Assembly: GCA_964643615.1 (NCBI GenBank)
Contig: CAZXTR010000004.1
Coordinates: forward strand, 1-48,258
Origin: an uncultured Lactobacillales bacterium
GTDB taxonomy: Bacteria; Pseudomonadota; Alphaproteobacteria; CAAHEQ01; UBA3637
Direction: 5' to 3'
DNA length: 48,258 nucleotides
Within the stretch, counting starts at the first letter, position 1. Every line of letters begins with the position of its first letter. Below, in pieces: positions 7,465 through 20,432 of the stretch. A program made the translations under genes and the position numbers. Below the pieces are notes generated by a model that worked only from the letters and a program-made list of their open reading frames with translations, was not told where the DNA came from and ran no database searches.

Positions 7465-9897
7465 CTAATAATTTTCGATATCTGAACGCTTTGTTTTTCC
7501 GTTTTTTGAACGTATGTAAAACTCATGGAGTTGAGATTGAATTTGCCCATAAATTGTGTTAATCGCGTATTTACCTGAAAAATTTTCTTTTCCAGCGGGA
7601 AATCCTGTTAAAATTTCGATTCCATCTTCGATGGTGTCAGCAGTATAAATATGAAATAATCCCTTTTGAACCGCAGTAACAACGTCTTGGCGAAGCATTA
7701 AGTTTTGCTCATTTGCTGACGGAATAATAACACCTTGCTTCCCTGTTAATCCCTTTATTTGACATACATCAAAGAACCCTTCAATTTTTTCGTTAACAGC
7801 GCCAATAGCTTGTATTTGGCCTAGTTGATTGACAGACCCCGTGACGGCAATTCCTTGTTTTAGTGGCGCGTTGGCGATGGAAGAAAGCAATGCGTACAAT
7901 TCTGCACTTGAGGCAGAATCTCCATCAATTGGACCATATGATTGTTCGATAACTAGATTGGCTTTTAAAGATAAAGGTTCTTTTTTTGCAAATTTAGAAG
8001 CCAAAAAAGACGATAAAATCAAAACCCCTTTTGAATGTAAAGGACCGCTAAGCTTAACCTCTTTTTCAATATTGACAATATCGCCAGTTCCGATATGTGT
8101 TTGGCAAGTTAAACGACTGGGACGACCGAAGGAAACGTGTCCACATTCTTGGACAGCCAAAATATTAATTTGACCAACTTCTTCGCCCTCTGTATTTAAT
8201 AAAATTGTTCCATTGCGAATTTGAGCTAACATTTTTTGATGTAAATTGTCGGAACGATTGATTTTTGCATATAGCGCACAGTCGATATCTTCTTTATCAA
8301 CTAGCGTTCGTTTTGCCGTTTTTGCAAAATAATTCGACTCTTTCATCAAGTCAGAAATCATTCTTAATTGAGTGGTAAGCTTGTTTTTATCTTGAGCTAA
8401 TCTTGATGCGTGCTCAATCAACCTTGCTAGTGCTTTTTTTGAAAAAGGATAAAGCCCATATTTTTCAATTAATTGAGTGATAAGTGAAAGATATTTTTTT
8501 ACATTTTCTTGTGTCCGTTCAATTTGAGAATGAAAATTCGCCTCTACTTTAAACAAAGAATGAAAATCGGCGTCATTTTCGGACAAAGAATAATACATGC
8601 TCTCTTCTCCAATAAGGACAATTTTGATATCTAAAGGAATAGGCTCAGGTTCAAGAGTCGTTGTGCTTATGACCCCAACTTCTTCTTCGGCAGATTCAAT
8701 ATTAATTTTCCTAGATTTTAAAGAACGTTTTAAACTTTCCCACGCCGATGGGTGTGCACATAGATCCCGTGCGTCAATGATCAAATATCCACCGTTGGCT
8801 TGATGTAATGCCCCCGCCTTAATTAAACTAAAATCCGTAACCAATGAACCAAATTGTTGTCGACGTTCCATGCGTCCAATGAGATTGGGTAAATTTGGAT
8901 GGTCCAAATAAATGACAGGAGCGCCATTTTTGCCAGAGTTTGAAACAAATAAATTAACTTTGTAACGGTTCGTAACTTGGTCATTTCTTTGTGATTTTTT
9001 TACAAAAGCACCAACTTTGTCGTCCGAATCTTCATCTTCTTCTCTGCTAGAAGTTAAAAACAAAGAAATATGGTCGACAATATCTTTGCGCATGGAGGCT
9101 AAATACTCTTTGACATCAAAAATTCCTTCATATTTTGACATAAAATTGTACATAGACTGATAAAGTGTTTGATGGGTTAAAAGTTCGTTTAATGTATTAA
9201 TTTTTTCTTTTTGCTCTTTTTCCCATTTAGGAACTTCATGAACAGCTTTTTCTAACAAAGACTGTGTTTCGTTTAATTGTTCTAAAATGGACTTTCTTTC
9301 GGGTTTTGGCAATTTATCGAATCGTTCAGGAGTTAATACCTCTCCATTTTTTGTAGGGGCAACGACTAAACCCGTTGGCATACGTAAAATAACAACATTC
9401 TTTTTGCCCTTCGCCAAATTTTGCAAATTGGCAAAATAATTTTCTTTTTCTGTTTTGAAATTTTCTTCGATTTTAACAACTTGATTTTTATACTCGTCAC
9501 TTTCAAATAAAGCAGGCAAAGTAAACTGTATATCCTGTATAAGTTTTTTCATTTCCCTGACAAATGTAATACCTTTTCCAGAAGGGATACGAATAGCTTT
9601 TGGTTTGTGGGGAAATTCAAAATTATTAACATAGCACCAATCATCAGGAACTTTTTTCTTTTCAGCTTCTTTCGTCAACAGTTGTAAAGCAAGACTTTTT
9701 TTCCCTATTCCTTCTGTCCCTAAACAAAAAACATTGTAACCATTTCCTGGCATGCGAATGGCAAATAAAATAGAATCAATTGCTTTTTCTTGTCCGATGA
9801 CGTCTTCGTTACCTTCTAATTCTTTGGTGGTTTTAAAGTTTGTCGGCAATGAACAAATATGGTACAGTTGATTAGCTGTTAATTCTTTTTTTGACAT
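7465..9897 (-). CDS. Lon-family (LonC/AAA_32-type) protease
   Basis: DGDSAS catalytic Ser, IGAVNEKIEGF catalytic Lys, GALHQANGGYL, coiled-coil insertion. Confidence 0.88.
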   Translation of the reverse strand: MSKKELTANQLYHICSLPTNFKTTKELEGNEDVIGQEKAIDSILFAIRMPGNGYNVFCLGTEGIGKKSLALQLLTKEAEKKKVPDDWCYVNNFEFPHKPKAIRIPSGKGITFVREMKKLIQDIQFTLPALFESDEYKNQVVKIEENFKTEKENYFANLQNLAKGKKNVVILRMPTGLVVAPTKNGEVLTPERFDKLPKPERKSILEQLNETQSLLEKAVHEVPKWEKEQKEKINTLNELLTHQTLYQSMYNFMSKYEGIFDVKEYLASMRKDIVDHISLFLTSSREEDEDSDDKVGAFVKKSQRNDQVTNRYKVNLFVSNSGKNGAPVIYLDHPNLPNLIGRMERRQQFGSLVTDFSLIKAGALHQANGGYLIIDARDLCAHPSAWESLKRSLKSRKINIESAEEEVGVISTTTLEPEPIPLDIKIVLIGEESMYYSLSENDADFHSLFKVEANFHSQIERTQENVKKYLSLITQLIEKYGLYPFSKKALARLIEHASRLAQDKNKLTTQLRMISDLMKESNYFAKTAKRTLVDKEDIDCALYAKINRSDNLHQKMLAQIRNGTILLNTEGEEVGQINILAVQECGHVSFGRPSRLTCQTHIGTGDIVNIEKEVKLSGPLHSKGVLILSSFLASKFAKKEPLSLKANLVIEQSYGPIDGDSASSAELYALLSSIANAPLKQGIAVTGSVNQLGQIQAIGAVNEKIEGFFDVCQIKGLTGKQGVIIPSANEQNLMLRQDVVTAVQKGLFHIYTADTIEDGIEILTGFPAGKENFSGKYAINTIYGQIQSQLHEFYIRSKNGKTKRSDIENY

Positions 9898-10149
9898 TTA
9901 TCCCCCATAACTTTGAACATTATTTTGAAACTTTTTCGTTAATAGGACGTTAAGAAAAACAAATTTTTGCCGTAAAGAAGAAAATCTTTGATATTTATAG
10001 AATAAGTCCTGTCAATAAAAAAATATGCGTTTTTTATGATTTTTCACTGTTTTTTTCCTGTAGTTTTGGTATACTTGCATCAAGGTTGATTGAAAAGACT
10101 CCGAATTAAAAAATTTTATCCAAAAATAAAAATAAGGAAGGAATGTTTG

Positions 10150-11274
10150 ATGGTTAAATTTATAATAGAAAGAGAAACATTATCGAAATCGTTAGCGCAT
10201 GTACAAAATGTTGTGGAAAGACGTCAAACGATTCCCATTTTGGCCAATGTATTGATAGAAGCAAATCAAGAAAATGGGGGGGGGATTTCCCTTCGTGCGA
10301 CGGATAATGAAATTGAAATTTTTGATAAAGTTTCTGCGCACGTCGAAAAAATAGGTGGTTTTACTGTTTCTGCACATAAATTGTACGATGTCGTTAAAAA
10401 ATTACCCAATGGAGCACAAATAGAATGCACTTTGCAAGAAGAAAGTAGCCAATTGTTGATCAGAGTTGGACGTTCGCGCTTTTCTTTGCCGACAATCCCT
10501 CCAGAAGGGTTTCCTGCGATGGCGTCGGAAATAAGCACTTTTACTTTCCGCTTGACGACTCTTGAATTACAATCTTTGATTGATAGAACGCAATTTGCTG
10601 TTTCGACGGAAGAAGCGCGTTATAACTTGAATGGTATCTTTTTGCATGAAAAAGGTGGAGAAACCAGATTTTTAACAGCTGTTGCAACAGATGGGCATAG
10701 GTTGGCAACTGCTAAAGTAAAAATGCCGGACGGAGCATCAGGAATGCCTGGAGTTATTATTCCTCGCAAAACAATTGGTGAATTAGTGAAGTTGATTGCT
10801 GAGTCAAGCCAAGATGTGGTTGTGTCTGTTTCGGAAAATCAAATTCGGTTCTCGTTTGGGGACATGATTTTATCTTCTCGGTTAATTGATGGAACATATC
10901 CCGATTATGAACGCGTTATTCCTTCGGATAATGATAAGTTTATGGAAGTGGATTCTGTCGCCTTGACTGCGGTTGTTGATCGTGTGGCAGTTATTTCTGA
11001 AAGGTCTCGTGGAATTAAGTTGGTGATGAAAAAAAGTACGTTAAATGTAACAGCGTCTAGCCTGGATGAAGGAAGTGCGGAAGATGAAATAGAGGCGGGC
11101 TATGACGCGGAACAAATTGAAATAGGATTTAATTATCGTTATTTGTTAGATATTTTAGCTCAAATCAAAGGGGGGACAGTTCGCTTTTCTTTGTTGAATG
11201 GGACTTCTCCAGTGGTGATACAAGATGCAAATGATGCTTCTGTGTTGTATGTTTTGATGCCGATGCGTGTGTAA
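10150..11274 (+). CDS. dnaN: DNA polymerase III beta sliding clamp
   Basis: QTIPILANVLIE, LRATD, VATDGHRLA, SRLIDGTYPDY, C-terminal LMPMRV; start set at ATG 10150. Confidence 0.98.
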   Translation: MVKFIIERETLSKSLAHVQNVVERRQTIPILANVLIEANQENGGGISLRATDNEIEIFDKVSAHVEKIGGFTVSAHKLYDVVKKLPNGAQIECTLQEESSQLLIRVGRSRFSLPTIPPEGFPAMASEISTFTFRLTTLELQSLIDRTQFAVSTEEARYNLNGIFLHEKGGETRFLTAVATDGHRLATAKVKMPDGASGMPGVIIPRKTIGELVKLIAESSQDVVVSVSENQIRFSFGDMILSSRLIDGTYPDYERVIPSDNDKFMEVDSVALTAVVDRVAVISERSRGIKLVMKKSTLNVTASSLDEGSAEDEIEAGYDAEQIEIGFNYRYLLDILAQIKGGTVRFSLLNGTSPVVIQDANDASVLYVLMPMRV

Positions 11275-11292
11275 TGGTATAAAGTGCAAACA

Positions 11293-12480
11293 ATGGCCTC
11301 TGGGACGAATAAAAAGACAAGACTTGGAATAGAGCAGTTGAAACTATCAAGTTTCAGATGCTACGAATCGTTAACTTTAGATTTGGGCAACGATTTACCT
11401 CCTGTGATTTTAACAGGGCGCAATGGAGCTGGGAAAACAAATTTATTAGAGGCTATTTCTTATCTTGTTCCTGGGCGAGGATTAAGGGGAGCAAGATTGT
11501 CTGATGTAGTTAAACGACGGGAAGAGAATAAAAATTTGCCCGATGGGGTTGTTTTTTTGCCAGAAAGATGGGCGGTTTTTGCAAGAGTGCGTACGTTGCA
11601 CGGAACTGTTCAATTAGGTACGGGAAGAGATGATACTTCGGAGCGTCGTCAAATTCATGTTGATGGGCAAAATCAAAAAAGTCAAAGCGTTTTGGGAAAT
11701 TATTTAAGCTTAATATGGTTGACTCCTGCGATGGACAGATTGTTTTGTGGAGATCCAGCGACACGGCGTCGTTTTTTGGATAGATTGGTTCAAGCATTTG
11801 ATGCAAACTATGCGAATTTAATGGCAGACTACAATTATGCCTTAAAGCAATGGAGCAATTTATTGCGTGAAGGACGGATGGATACGCAGTGGTTATCGTG
11901 TTTGGAAGAAACAATGGCTTCTTGTGGAGTGGCAATTGCGGCGGCACGTAAAGATACAGTTGAAAGATTGGGCGTTTTTTTAGCACAAAAACAAGAAACT
12001 TTATTTCCAACGGCATCAATTGCTTTGCATGGATTGTTGGAAGATGAATTAGATACGTTGTCCGCTTTGGATGTTGAGGGAAGTTTTAAAGAACTTTTAG
12101 CAAGTATGCGTCATGTTTTTGCAGATGGAGGAAATGTGCAAGGACCTCATACGTCTGATTTTTCTGTGGTTCATCAAGATAAGGGAATGGAAGCCAGTCT
12201 TTGCTCCACAGGGGAACAAAAAGCTTTGCTCATTTCCATTATTTTAGCACAAACAAAGGCTCAAAAACAAGAAAAGGGGCAAGATCCGATTTTGTTGTTA
12301 GATGAAGTTGCTGCACATTTAGATTCTCATCGGCGTAATTCTTTGTTCGAATTACTTTGTGCCTTGTCATCTCAAGTTTGGTTGACGGGGACAGATGAAA
12401 ATGTTTTTGCTTCTCTTTATGGGAAGGCTCAATTTTTTAATATAGAAAATGCGATGGTTTCGTTGTCACAGGTAGCTTAA
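11293..12480 (+). CDS. recF: DNA replication/repair protein RecF
   Basis: GRNGAGKTNLLEA, STGEQK, ILLLDEVAAHLD; between dnaN and gyrB. Confidence 0.97.
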   Translation: MASGTNKKTRLGIEQLKLSSFRCYESLTLDLGNDLPPVILTGRNGAGKTNLLEAISYLVPGRGLRGARLSDVVKRREENKNLPDGVVFLPERWAVFARVRTLHGTVQLGTGRDDTSERRQIHVDGQNQKSQSVLGNYLSLIWLTPAMDRLFCGDPATRRRFLDRLVQAFDANYANLMADYNYALKQWSNLLREGRMDTQWLSCLEETMASCGVAIAAARKDTVERLGVFLAQKQETLFPTASIALHGLLEDELDTLSALDVEGSFKELLASMRHVFADGGNVQGPHTSDFSVVHQDKGMEASLCSTGEQKALLISIILAQTKAQKQEKGQDPILLLDEVAAHLDSHRRNSLFELLCALSSQVWLTGTDENVFASLYGKAQFFNIENAMVSLSQVA

Positions 12481-14919
<2,439 letters not shown>

Positions 14920-14926
14920 TCATAAA

Positions 14927-15064
14927 TTCTGTCTTAGAAATGGGAGCAACAAGTGTTGGTTGCTAGCCTAAGGCCGAAATCTTTTGAATCGTTGGCAGAA
15001 TAATCCTTTTTTATAAAACAGGCAGGAGTCATTGAACTTGCCTAGAGTGTTAAGGATTGTTCTG
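14927..15064. other. Structured intergenic element between convergent gyrB and uvrB
   Basis: 13-bp stem 14996-15008/15052-15064 with an inner AGGCA/TGCCT stem; competing stem 14927-14933/14994-15000; hairpin 14945-14964. Confidence 0.4.
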
Positions 15065-15285
15065 AATGTATATGGTTTTTGAAATGTACATGATATCTGC
15101 TTATCAAAAGATAAGATTTTATAGAATAATTATGCAGGCAATAATAAAATATATTGACTTGCTATATTTTATTTTTTGCATATAAAAAACAAAAGATTTA
15201 ATCATTTTATGAAAAGATTACCTTTCAAAGAACTTTTTGAGGTGTGCCTTTTTAAAGCATTTATTTAAAAAAATATTAAATAATA

Positions 15286-17313
15286 CTAATTTTTATGCAA
15301 CCCCAATCCTTTGTTTTGCATTTTAGCAATTTCATTGCGTAAGCGAATAGCTTCTTCAAAGTTCAAATCTTCGGCGGATTGATACATTTCTTTTTCTAGT
15401 TTTTTAATTTTCTTTGTTATTTGTTCTGCGGAAAGTTCTATTTTTTCTTCGAGGTTTGTGTCGATACAATCTTGAGTGCAAATATTTTGAATAGCGTTTG
15501 AAATTTGCTTTTGAATAGTTTTAGGTGTAATTCCGTGTATTTTGTTGAAGGTGATTTGCTTTTCGCGTCGCCGTTTTGTTTCAGATATAGCACGATTGAT
15601 GGAATCAGTGATTTTATCTGCATATAAAATGACTCGTCCGTTTACGTGTCGAGCTGCGCGCCCAATTGTTTGAATTAACGATGTTTCTGAACGTAAAAAG
15701 CCCTCTTTGTCGGCATCTAAAATAGCAACTAAAGCGCACTCAGGAATGTCCAGACCTTCGCGTAATAAATTAATACCAACTAAAATATCAAAAGTTCCCA
15801 TACGCAAATCTTTTATAATTTGAATGCGCTCTAGAGTTTCAATGTCCGAATGCATATAGCGTACTTTTACCCCGTTTTCAGCAAGGTATTCGGTTAAGTC
15901 TTCTGCCATTTTTTTTGTTAAAGTTGTAACCAAAACGCGCTCTTTCTTTTTGGCACAAATAAGACATTCACTTAACAAATCGTCAACTTGATTTATAACG
16001 GGGCGAATATCGCACAAGGGATCTAATAATCCAGTCGGACGAATTATTTGTTCAGTAAAGACCCCTTCTGCTTGTTCTTTTTCCCATTTTCCAGGGGTGG
16101 CTGATACAAAAATAGTATTGGGACGCATTTTATTCCATTCTTCGAATTTTAAAGGACGATTATCCTTTGCAGATGGTAATCGAAACCCGTATTCGATAAG
16201 TGTATTTTTACGGCTGAAATCTCCTTTGTACATAGCTCCTAGTTGAGGGACGGTAACATGACTTTCATCAACAAACAATAAAGCATCTGATGGTAAATAT
16301 TCAAATAAAGTTGGAGGGGCTTCTCCCGATTTTCTGCCAGTTAAATGTCTGGAATAATTTTCGATACCTTTGCAAGAACCAGTTGCCTCTAACATTTCTA
16401 AGTCAAAGCACGTACGTTGAACAAGTCGTTCTGATTCAAGTGGCATATTATTTTTTTTAAAAAAAGAAAGCCGTTCTTTTAATTCTTCTTGAATAGTCTT
16501 TATTGCTTGAGAAATAGCAGGCCTTGGTGTGACGTAATGGCTTGCGGGATAAACGATAATTTCGTTTAAATTCATTTTTTCTTCACCCGTTAAAGGATCA
16601 AATTCATGAATGCTCTCTAATTCATCTCCGAAAAAAGATAAACGCCAAGCAAGATCTTCATAGTGAGAAGGAAAAATATCTATTACATCTCCCATAACTC
16701 GAAAACGTCCTCTTTCAAACGCGATATTATTACGTTCGTATTGTAATTCTGTTAAATTTTTGGATAGTTCGCTTACGTCGACGCAATCACCCACGCGCAA
16801 AGTGAACTTCATCGTACTATAAGATTCAACGCTCCCTAACCCATAAATGCAGGAAACAGAAGATACGATGATAACGTCACGTCTTTCTAAAATATGACGC
16901 GTCGCAGAATGCCTCATTCTATCAATTTGTTCATTGATGGCAGAATCTTTTTCAATGTAAGTATCTGTTCTGGGAATGTATGCTTCGGGTTGGTAATAAT
17001 CATAATAAGATACGAAATATTCAACAGCATTTTTCGGGAAAAAAGATTTCATTTCGGAATAAAGTTGAGCGGCTAATATCTTGTTATGTGCTAAAATCAA
17101 AGCGGGGCGTTTCATTTTTGTGATAACTTGCGCCATTGTAAAAGTTTTTCCTGATCCTGTAATGCCAAGCAAAACTTGATTATGTATATTTTGGTTCAAG
17201 CCATTAACCAAACTGGATATAGCTTGTTCTTGATCTCCCGCGGGAGCAAAATCAGAAACCAGGTTAAAATTTGCCTGTGTCAAATCATTGTTAGGTGTGT
17301 ACAAAGGAAGCAT
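15286..17313 (-). CDS. uvrB: Excinuclease ABC subunit B
   Basis: [37 protein letters not shown]-terminal UVR coil. Confidence 0.99.
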   Translation of the reverse strand: MLPLYTPNNDLTQANFNLVSDFAPAGDQEQAISSLVNGLNQNIHNQVLLGITGSGKTFTMAQVITKMKRPALILAHNKILAAQLYSEMKSFFPKNAVEYFVSYYDYYQPEAYIPRTDTYIEKDSAINEQIDRMRHSATRHILERRDVIIVSSVSCIYGLGSVESYSTMKFTLRVGDCVDVSELSKNLTELQYERNNIAFERGRFRVMGDVIDIFPSHYEDLAWRLSFFGDELESIHEFDPLTGEEKMNLNEIIVYPASHYVTPRPAISQAIKTIQEELKERLSFFKKNNMPLESERLVQRTCFDLEMLEATGSCKGIENYSRHLTGRKSGEAPPTLFEYLPSDALLFVDESHVTVPQLGAMYKGDFSRKNTLIEYGFRLPSAKDNRPLKFEEWNKMRPNTIFVSATPGKWEKEQAEGVFTEQIIRPTGLLDPLCDIRPVINQVDDLLSECLICAKKKERVLVTTLTKKMAEDLTEYLAENGVKVRYMHSDIETLERIQIIKDLRMGTFDILVGINLLREGLDIPECALVAILDADKEGFLRSETSLIQTIGRAARHVNGRVILYADKITDSINRAISETKRRREKQITFNKIHGITPKTIQKQISNAIQNICTQDCIDTNLEEKIELSAEQITKKIKKLEKEMYQSAEDLNFEEAIRLRNEIAKMQNKGLGLHKN

Positions 17314-18380
17314 TACTTTTCCCGATTTATCTTATTCAGTCCATTTTTAGTTGAAGAATAAAAAATTGTAGTCGCTTTTTTTATGTCAGAAAAAATATCC
17401 CTTAGTCTGGGTCGTGATTGTCCCCATGAATCTAATCGCATCTTTGTTTCAAGCACGATGACAACCAAAAAAAAGCACCCGAAAATGAAAAAATCATGAA
17501 TAAGAATGCCCACTAATCCAAGGAAGATCATTCTTTTAAAGACAAAGAAAAGAATACCTTTTTGATTTAAATGGTTGCGGATTTTTTTGTTGATATAAAA
17601 CGTATATTGAATGGGCTCTGGGTTTTTGCGCGTTTTAAAGCGATATAAAAACGAATAAGCAAATTCAAAAAAATAATACGCGGGCATAACTAAGAAGGCA
17701 ACCCACATTCCCTTTGATGCCATTAAAATAAAAAAGAACCCCATTAAGAAACCTAGGGGCGCAGCTCCTGATTTCCCCAAGCAGAGGTAAATGTAGAATC
17801 TTTTATACAACAAAAAACCAACAAGTGCTGAAATAATCAATAAAGAATAAAAAGAAATGATAGTCTGAAAAATTTGTCCATACACTATTGGTAAAAATGA
17901 AAATGGAATGCATAAAGCGAGTGTTTGTCCAATTGTTATATTTTCAATTTTATCCATCGTCGCATAAAGATGAATAAATAAAGACCAAATAAATGTCATT
18001 GCCAGCCGATCTAAAATAAGCGGAAAAATACCTTGGAATACTAGGACGTTGTTGGGGAAAAATGCAGAGCAAACTAACGTAACAAACAAATAAATCCAAA
18101 AACGATTAATTTTTCCTTTTTCTAAAGAATACAAAGACAACCCCAGTGCTCCCGCAGCAAATGGAAATATGCCAAACGGAGTTAACAATAAAGAGTGGGG
18201 TACTACAAAATCAATTAGTACAAAACCAAGAAAAATTGCGCCAATCATAGCTAATCCGCAATTGTTTGATAAATTTCTAGCTTGTGTTGGTACTTTGAAA
18301 GGGTTATACAAAAAATAGGTAAAAACAAAAGCCAAGATTACAACCGATGCCAAAAAATAAAAAAGTAATCCGACGTCCAT
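17313..18380 (-). CDS. Polytopic membrane protein, degenerate WecA/MraY (glycosyltransferase family 4)-like
   Basis: About 10 hydrophobic helices; [23 protein letters not shown] and MPAYYFFE align with NFMDGIDG, FxGDxGS.PLG and LPxYYxxD; TAATG coupling to uvrB. Confidence 0.6.
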   Translation of the reverse strand: MDVGLLFYFLASVVILAFVFTYFLYNPFKVPTQARNLSNNCGLAMIGAIFLGFVLIDFVVPHSLLLTPFGIFPFAAGALGLSLYSLEKGKINRFWIYLFVTLVCSAFFPNNVLVFQGIFPLILDRLAMTFIWSLFIHLYATMDKIENITIGQTLALCIPFSFLPIVYGQIFQTIISFYSLLIISALVGFLLYKRFYIYLCLGKSGAAPLGFLMGFFFILMASKGMWVAFLVMPAYYFFEFAYSFLYRFKTRKNPEPIQYTFYINKKIRNHLNQKGILFFVFKRMIFLGLVGILIHDFFIFGCFFLVVIVLETKMRLDSWGQSRPRLRDIFSDIKKATTIFYSSTKNGLNKINREK

Positions 18381-18400
18381 TTAATCCCCCAAAATTCACG

Positions 18401-18622
18401 TTAATTTTTATGTCTAAAAGAAATGCGCCCTTTTGTCAAATCATAAGGTGTCATTTCAATTTCAACCTTATCTCCTACCATCACGCGAATGCGAAACTTT
18501 CTCATTTTTCCAGCCGTATGAGCCAATATTTCGTGTCCGTTTTCCAATTTTACCCGAAACATCGCATTGGGCAATTTTTCCATTACAGTTCCCGTGAAAT
18601 TCAATACTTCTTCTTTAGCCAT
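18401..18622 (-). CDS. infA: Translation initiation factor IF-1
   Basis: MAKEEVL...[25 protein letters not shown]. Confidence 0.99.
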   Translation of the reverse strand: MAKEEVLNFTGTVMEKLPNAMFRVKLENGHEILAHTAGKMRKFRIRVMVGDKVEIEMTPYDLTKGRISFRHKN

Positions 18623-18652
18623 AAAATCCTCTTCTTGTTAAAAAGTTTAGAA

Positions 18653-18681
18653 ATTATACGCCTATAATATTACTTTTGCAA
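18653..18681 (-). promoter_or_regulatory. Sigma70-type promoter for infA
   Basis: TTGCAA-17 nt-TATAAT on the minus strand. Confidence 0.7.
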
Positions 18682-18752
18682 GCGCAAAATAAAAATAACT
18701 ACAATACTTTATTTTAAGCCAAGCTCTTGGAATTTACAAAATAGAAAGCAAC

Positions 18753-18780
18753 AAAACCCTTCTTACGAAAGAAGGGTTTT
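18753..18780 (-). terminator. Intrinsic terminator after rpsD
   Basis: Perfect 12-bp stem AAAACCCTTCTT/AAGAAGGGTTTT with 4-nt loop. Confidence 0.85.
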
Positions 18781-18797
18781 TCAGAGAATTAATCTTT

Positions 18798-19412
18798 TTA
18801 GCGTGAATAAAATTCGATGACTAAATTTGGTTCCATTTGGCAGGCATAAGGAACGTCGGCCAATTTTGGAAAGCGAATTAATGTCCCGGATAATTCTTTT
18901 TCATTAACTTCCATATAGTCCGGAACGTTGCGTTCTCCAGATGCGACAGCCTCTATAACTAAGGCCATTTCCTTCGCTTTTGTTGTAACTTCCACTTTAT
19001 CTCCTTCTTTTAATAAATAAGAGGGGATATCAACTTTCTTGCCATTGACCAAAACATGTCCATGGTTGATGAATTGCCGAGATGCAAACACGGTTGGCAC
19101 AAATTTCATACGATAAACAACCGCATCCAAACGGCTCTCCAAAATACTAATTAAGTTTTCAGAAGAATCTCCTTTGCGACGAATGGCTTCAGCGTAATAC
19201 TTACGTAATTGCTTTTCGGATACGTTGCCGTAATAACCTTTTAATTTTTGTTTTGCGCGTAATTGCACCCCATAATCCGTTGGCTTTCCGCGGTGTTGAC
19301 CATGTTGACCAGGGCCATATTCCCGTTTGTTAAAAGCACTTTTCGCATTACCCCATAAAGTGGTTCCTAAACGGCGTTCAATTTTATATTTTGCATGAAT
19401 ACGTTTTGACAT
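18798..19412 (-). CDS. rpsD: 30S ribosomal protein S4
   Basis: [40 protein letters not shown]. Confidence 0.99.
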   Translation of the reverse strand: MSKRIHAKYKIERRLGTTLWGNAKSAFNKREYGPGQHGQHRGKPTDYGVQLRAKQKLKGYYGNVSEKQLRKYYAEAIRRKGDSSENLISILESRLDAVVYRMKFVPTVFASRQFINHGHVLVNGKKVDIPSYLLKEGDKVEVTTKAKEMALVIEAVASGERNVPDYMEVNEKELSGTLIRFPKLADVPYACQMEPNLVIEFYSR

Positions 19413-19595
19413 ATATTAACTTTCAATTTCCAAACAAGCGAAAGCGTATTGTCTTTGCTTGCCTTTGTTGCCCCGATAGTCCCTGCCTTGGTGAAAAAAG
19501 GCTCCCAAGCGAGAGTGCAAGATAAAAACCAACTTCATCCGCCACTTTTTCGAGAATAGAAGCTACACTCTATATAATTCTATTTGGATTGTCAA
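19413..19595 (-). promoter_or_regulatory. rpsD promoter and structured 5' leader of about 150 nt
   Basis: TTGACA (19595-19590)-17 nt-TAGAGT (19572-19567); the leader is GC-richer than the flanks and has CTTGG/CCAAG and AAGCAAAG/CTTTCGCTT stems. Confidence 0.6.
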
Positions 19596-19709
19596 GTAAT
19601 ATTTATAATCAAAAATAAAAGAAGAAGGGGAGCTTGTAAAAAAACTTTGCTTCTTTATTTTAAATATCGTAATGTAGCAACAACGAAAACAAATAGGGAG
19701 AATGTAAAA

Positions 19710-20432
19710 GTGAATCGAAAAAATGAAGATATAACGGTTGATTTATCTTGGAAAAGATACCTTTTACCATCAGTTCATCCTGAAGGGCGAATTTTTGTTT
19801 TGTGCTTTTTAGGGATGGCTGTTATTTTGTGGCTTTTGTGGATACCTTTTGGAGTGGTCGGGATTATTTTGACGTTGTTTTGTATTTATTTTTTTCGCAA
19901 TCCGGAGCGTGTAACCCCAGAAGGGGAGCAGTTCGTTATTGCTCCTGCGGACGGAATTGTCAGCAATATCATTCAAGTAGTTCCGCCAAAAGAAATAGAC
20001 ATGGGTGACGATCCCTTGACAAGGATTAGTATTTTTATGAGTGTTTTTAACGTTCATGTAAATCGGTGCCCTGTATCGGGAACAATCCATAAAATCAATT
20101 ATAGAAAGGGAAAGTTCGTAAATGTTGCCGATAAAGACAGTGAGGACAATGAACGTGAAGAATATAGTGTTTTAATGAAAGACGGTACTAAGGTGGGCTT
20201 CGTTCAAATAGCAGGGCTTATAGCTCGACGGATTGTATCTTTCGTTAAGGAAGGTGATGAATTAAAAGCGGGACAACGTTTCGGGCTTATTCGCTTTGGA
20301 AGTCGATTAGACGTTTTCCTTCCCCATGGAATTGAACCGTACGTTGTTTTAGGGCAAATAGCTGTGGCGGGTGAAACAATTTTGGCAGATTTAAAAGGCA
20401 ATCAAGTACAAATAACAGGAGAAAAAAGGTGA
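19710..20432 (+). CDS. psd: Phosphatidylserine decarboxylase proenzyme
   Basis: YFFRNPER, ISIFMSVFNVHVNR, QIAGLIARRI, FGLIRFGSRLD (GS autocleavage); GTG start after AGGGAG. Confidence 0.97.
   Translation: MNRKNEDITVDLSWKRYLLPSVHPEGRIFVLCFLGMAVILWLLWIPFGVVGIILTLFCIYFFRNPERVTPEGEQFVIAPADGIVSNIIQVVPPKEIDMGDDPLTRISIFMSVFNVHVNRCPVSGTIHKINYRKGKFVNVADKDSEDNEREEYSVLMKDGTKVGFVQIAGLIARRIVSFVKEGDELKAGQRFGLIRFGSRLDVFLPHGIEPYVVLGQIAVAGETILADLKGNQVQITGEKR

Noticed and set aside
9898-10149. Possible replication origin upstream of dnaN
   Set aside because: No dnaA gene and no cluster of DnaA boxes (only a one-mismatch TTATCCAAA); dnaN apart from dnaA is normal in alphaproteobacteria
11510-12019. 169-aa antisense ORF in recF, and the other overlapping ORFs in the track (e.g. 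7829-8173, 23687-24118, 25501-25932, 26059-26511, 35233-35679)
   Set aside because: Shadow frames of well-supported genes, with no RBS or recognisable motifs
14959-15045. Fragments resembling known RNAs: AATGACTCCTGC (fluoride riboswitch 3' part, minus strand) and GTTGCTAGCCTAAG (IscB omega-RNA-like)
   Set aside because: The other required conserved segments are missing and there is no downstream cognate gene
15265-15279. TTAA-N7-TTAA CtrA-like box
   Set aside because: Single copy in very AT-rich DNA between two gene 3' ends; expected by chance
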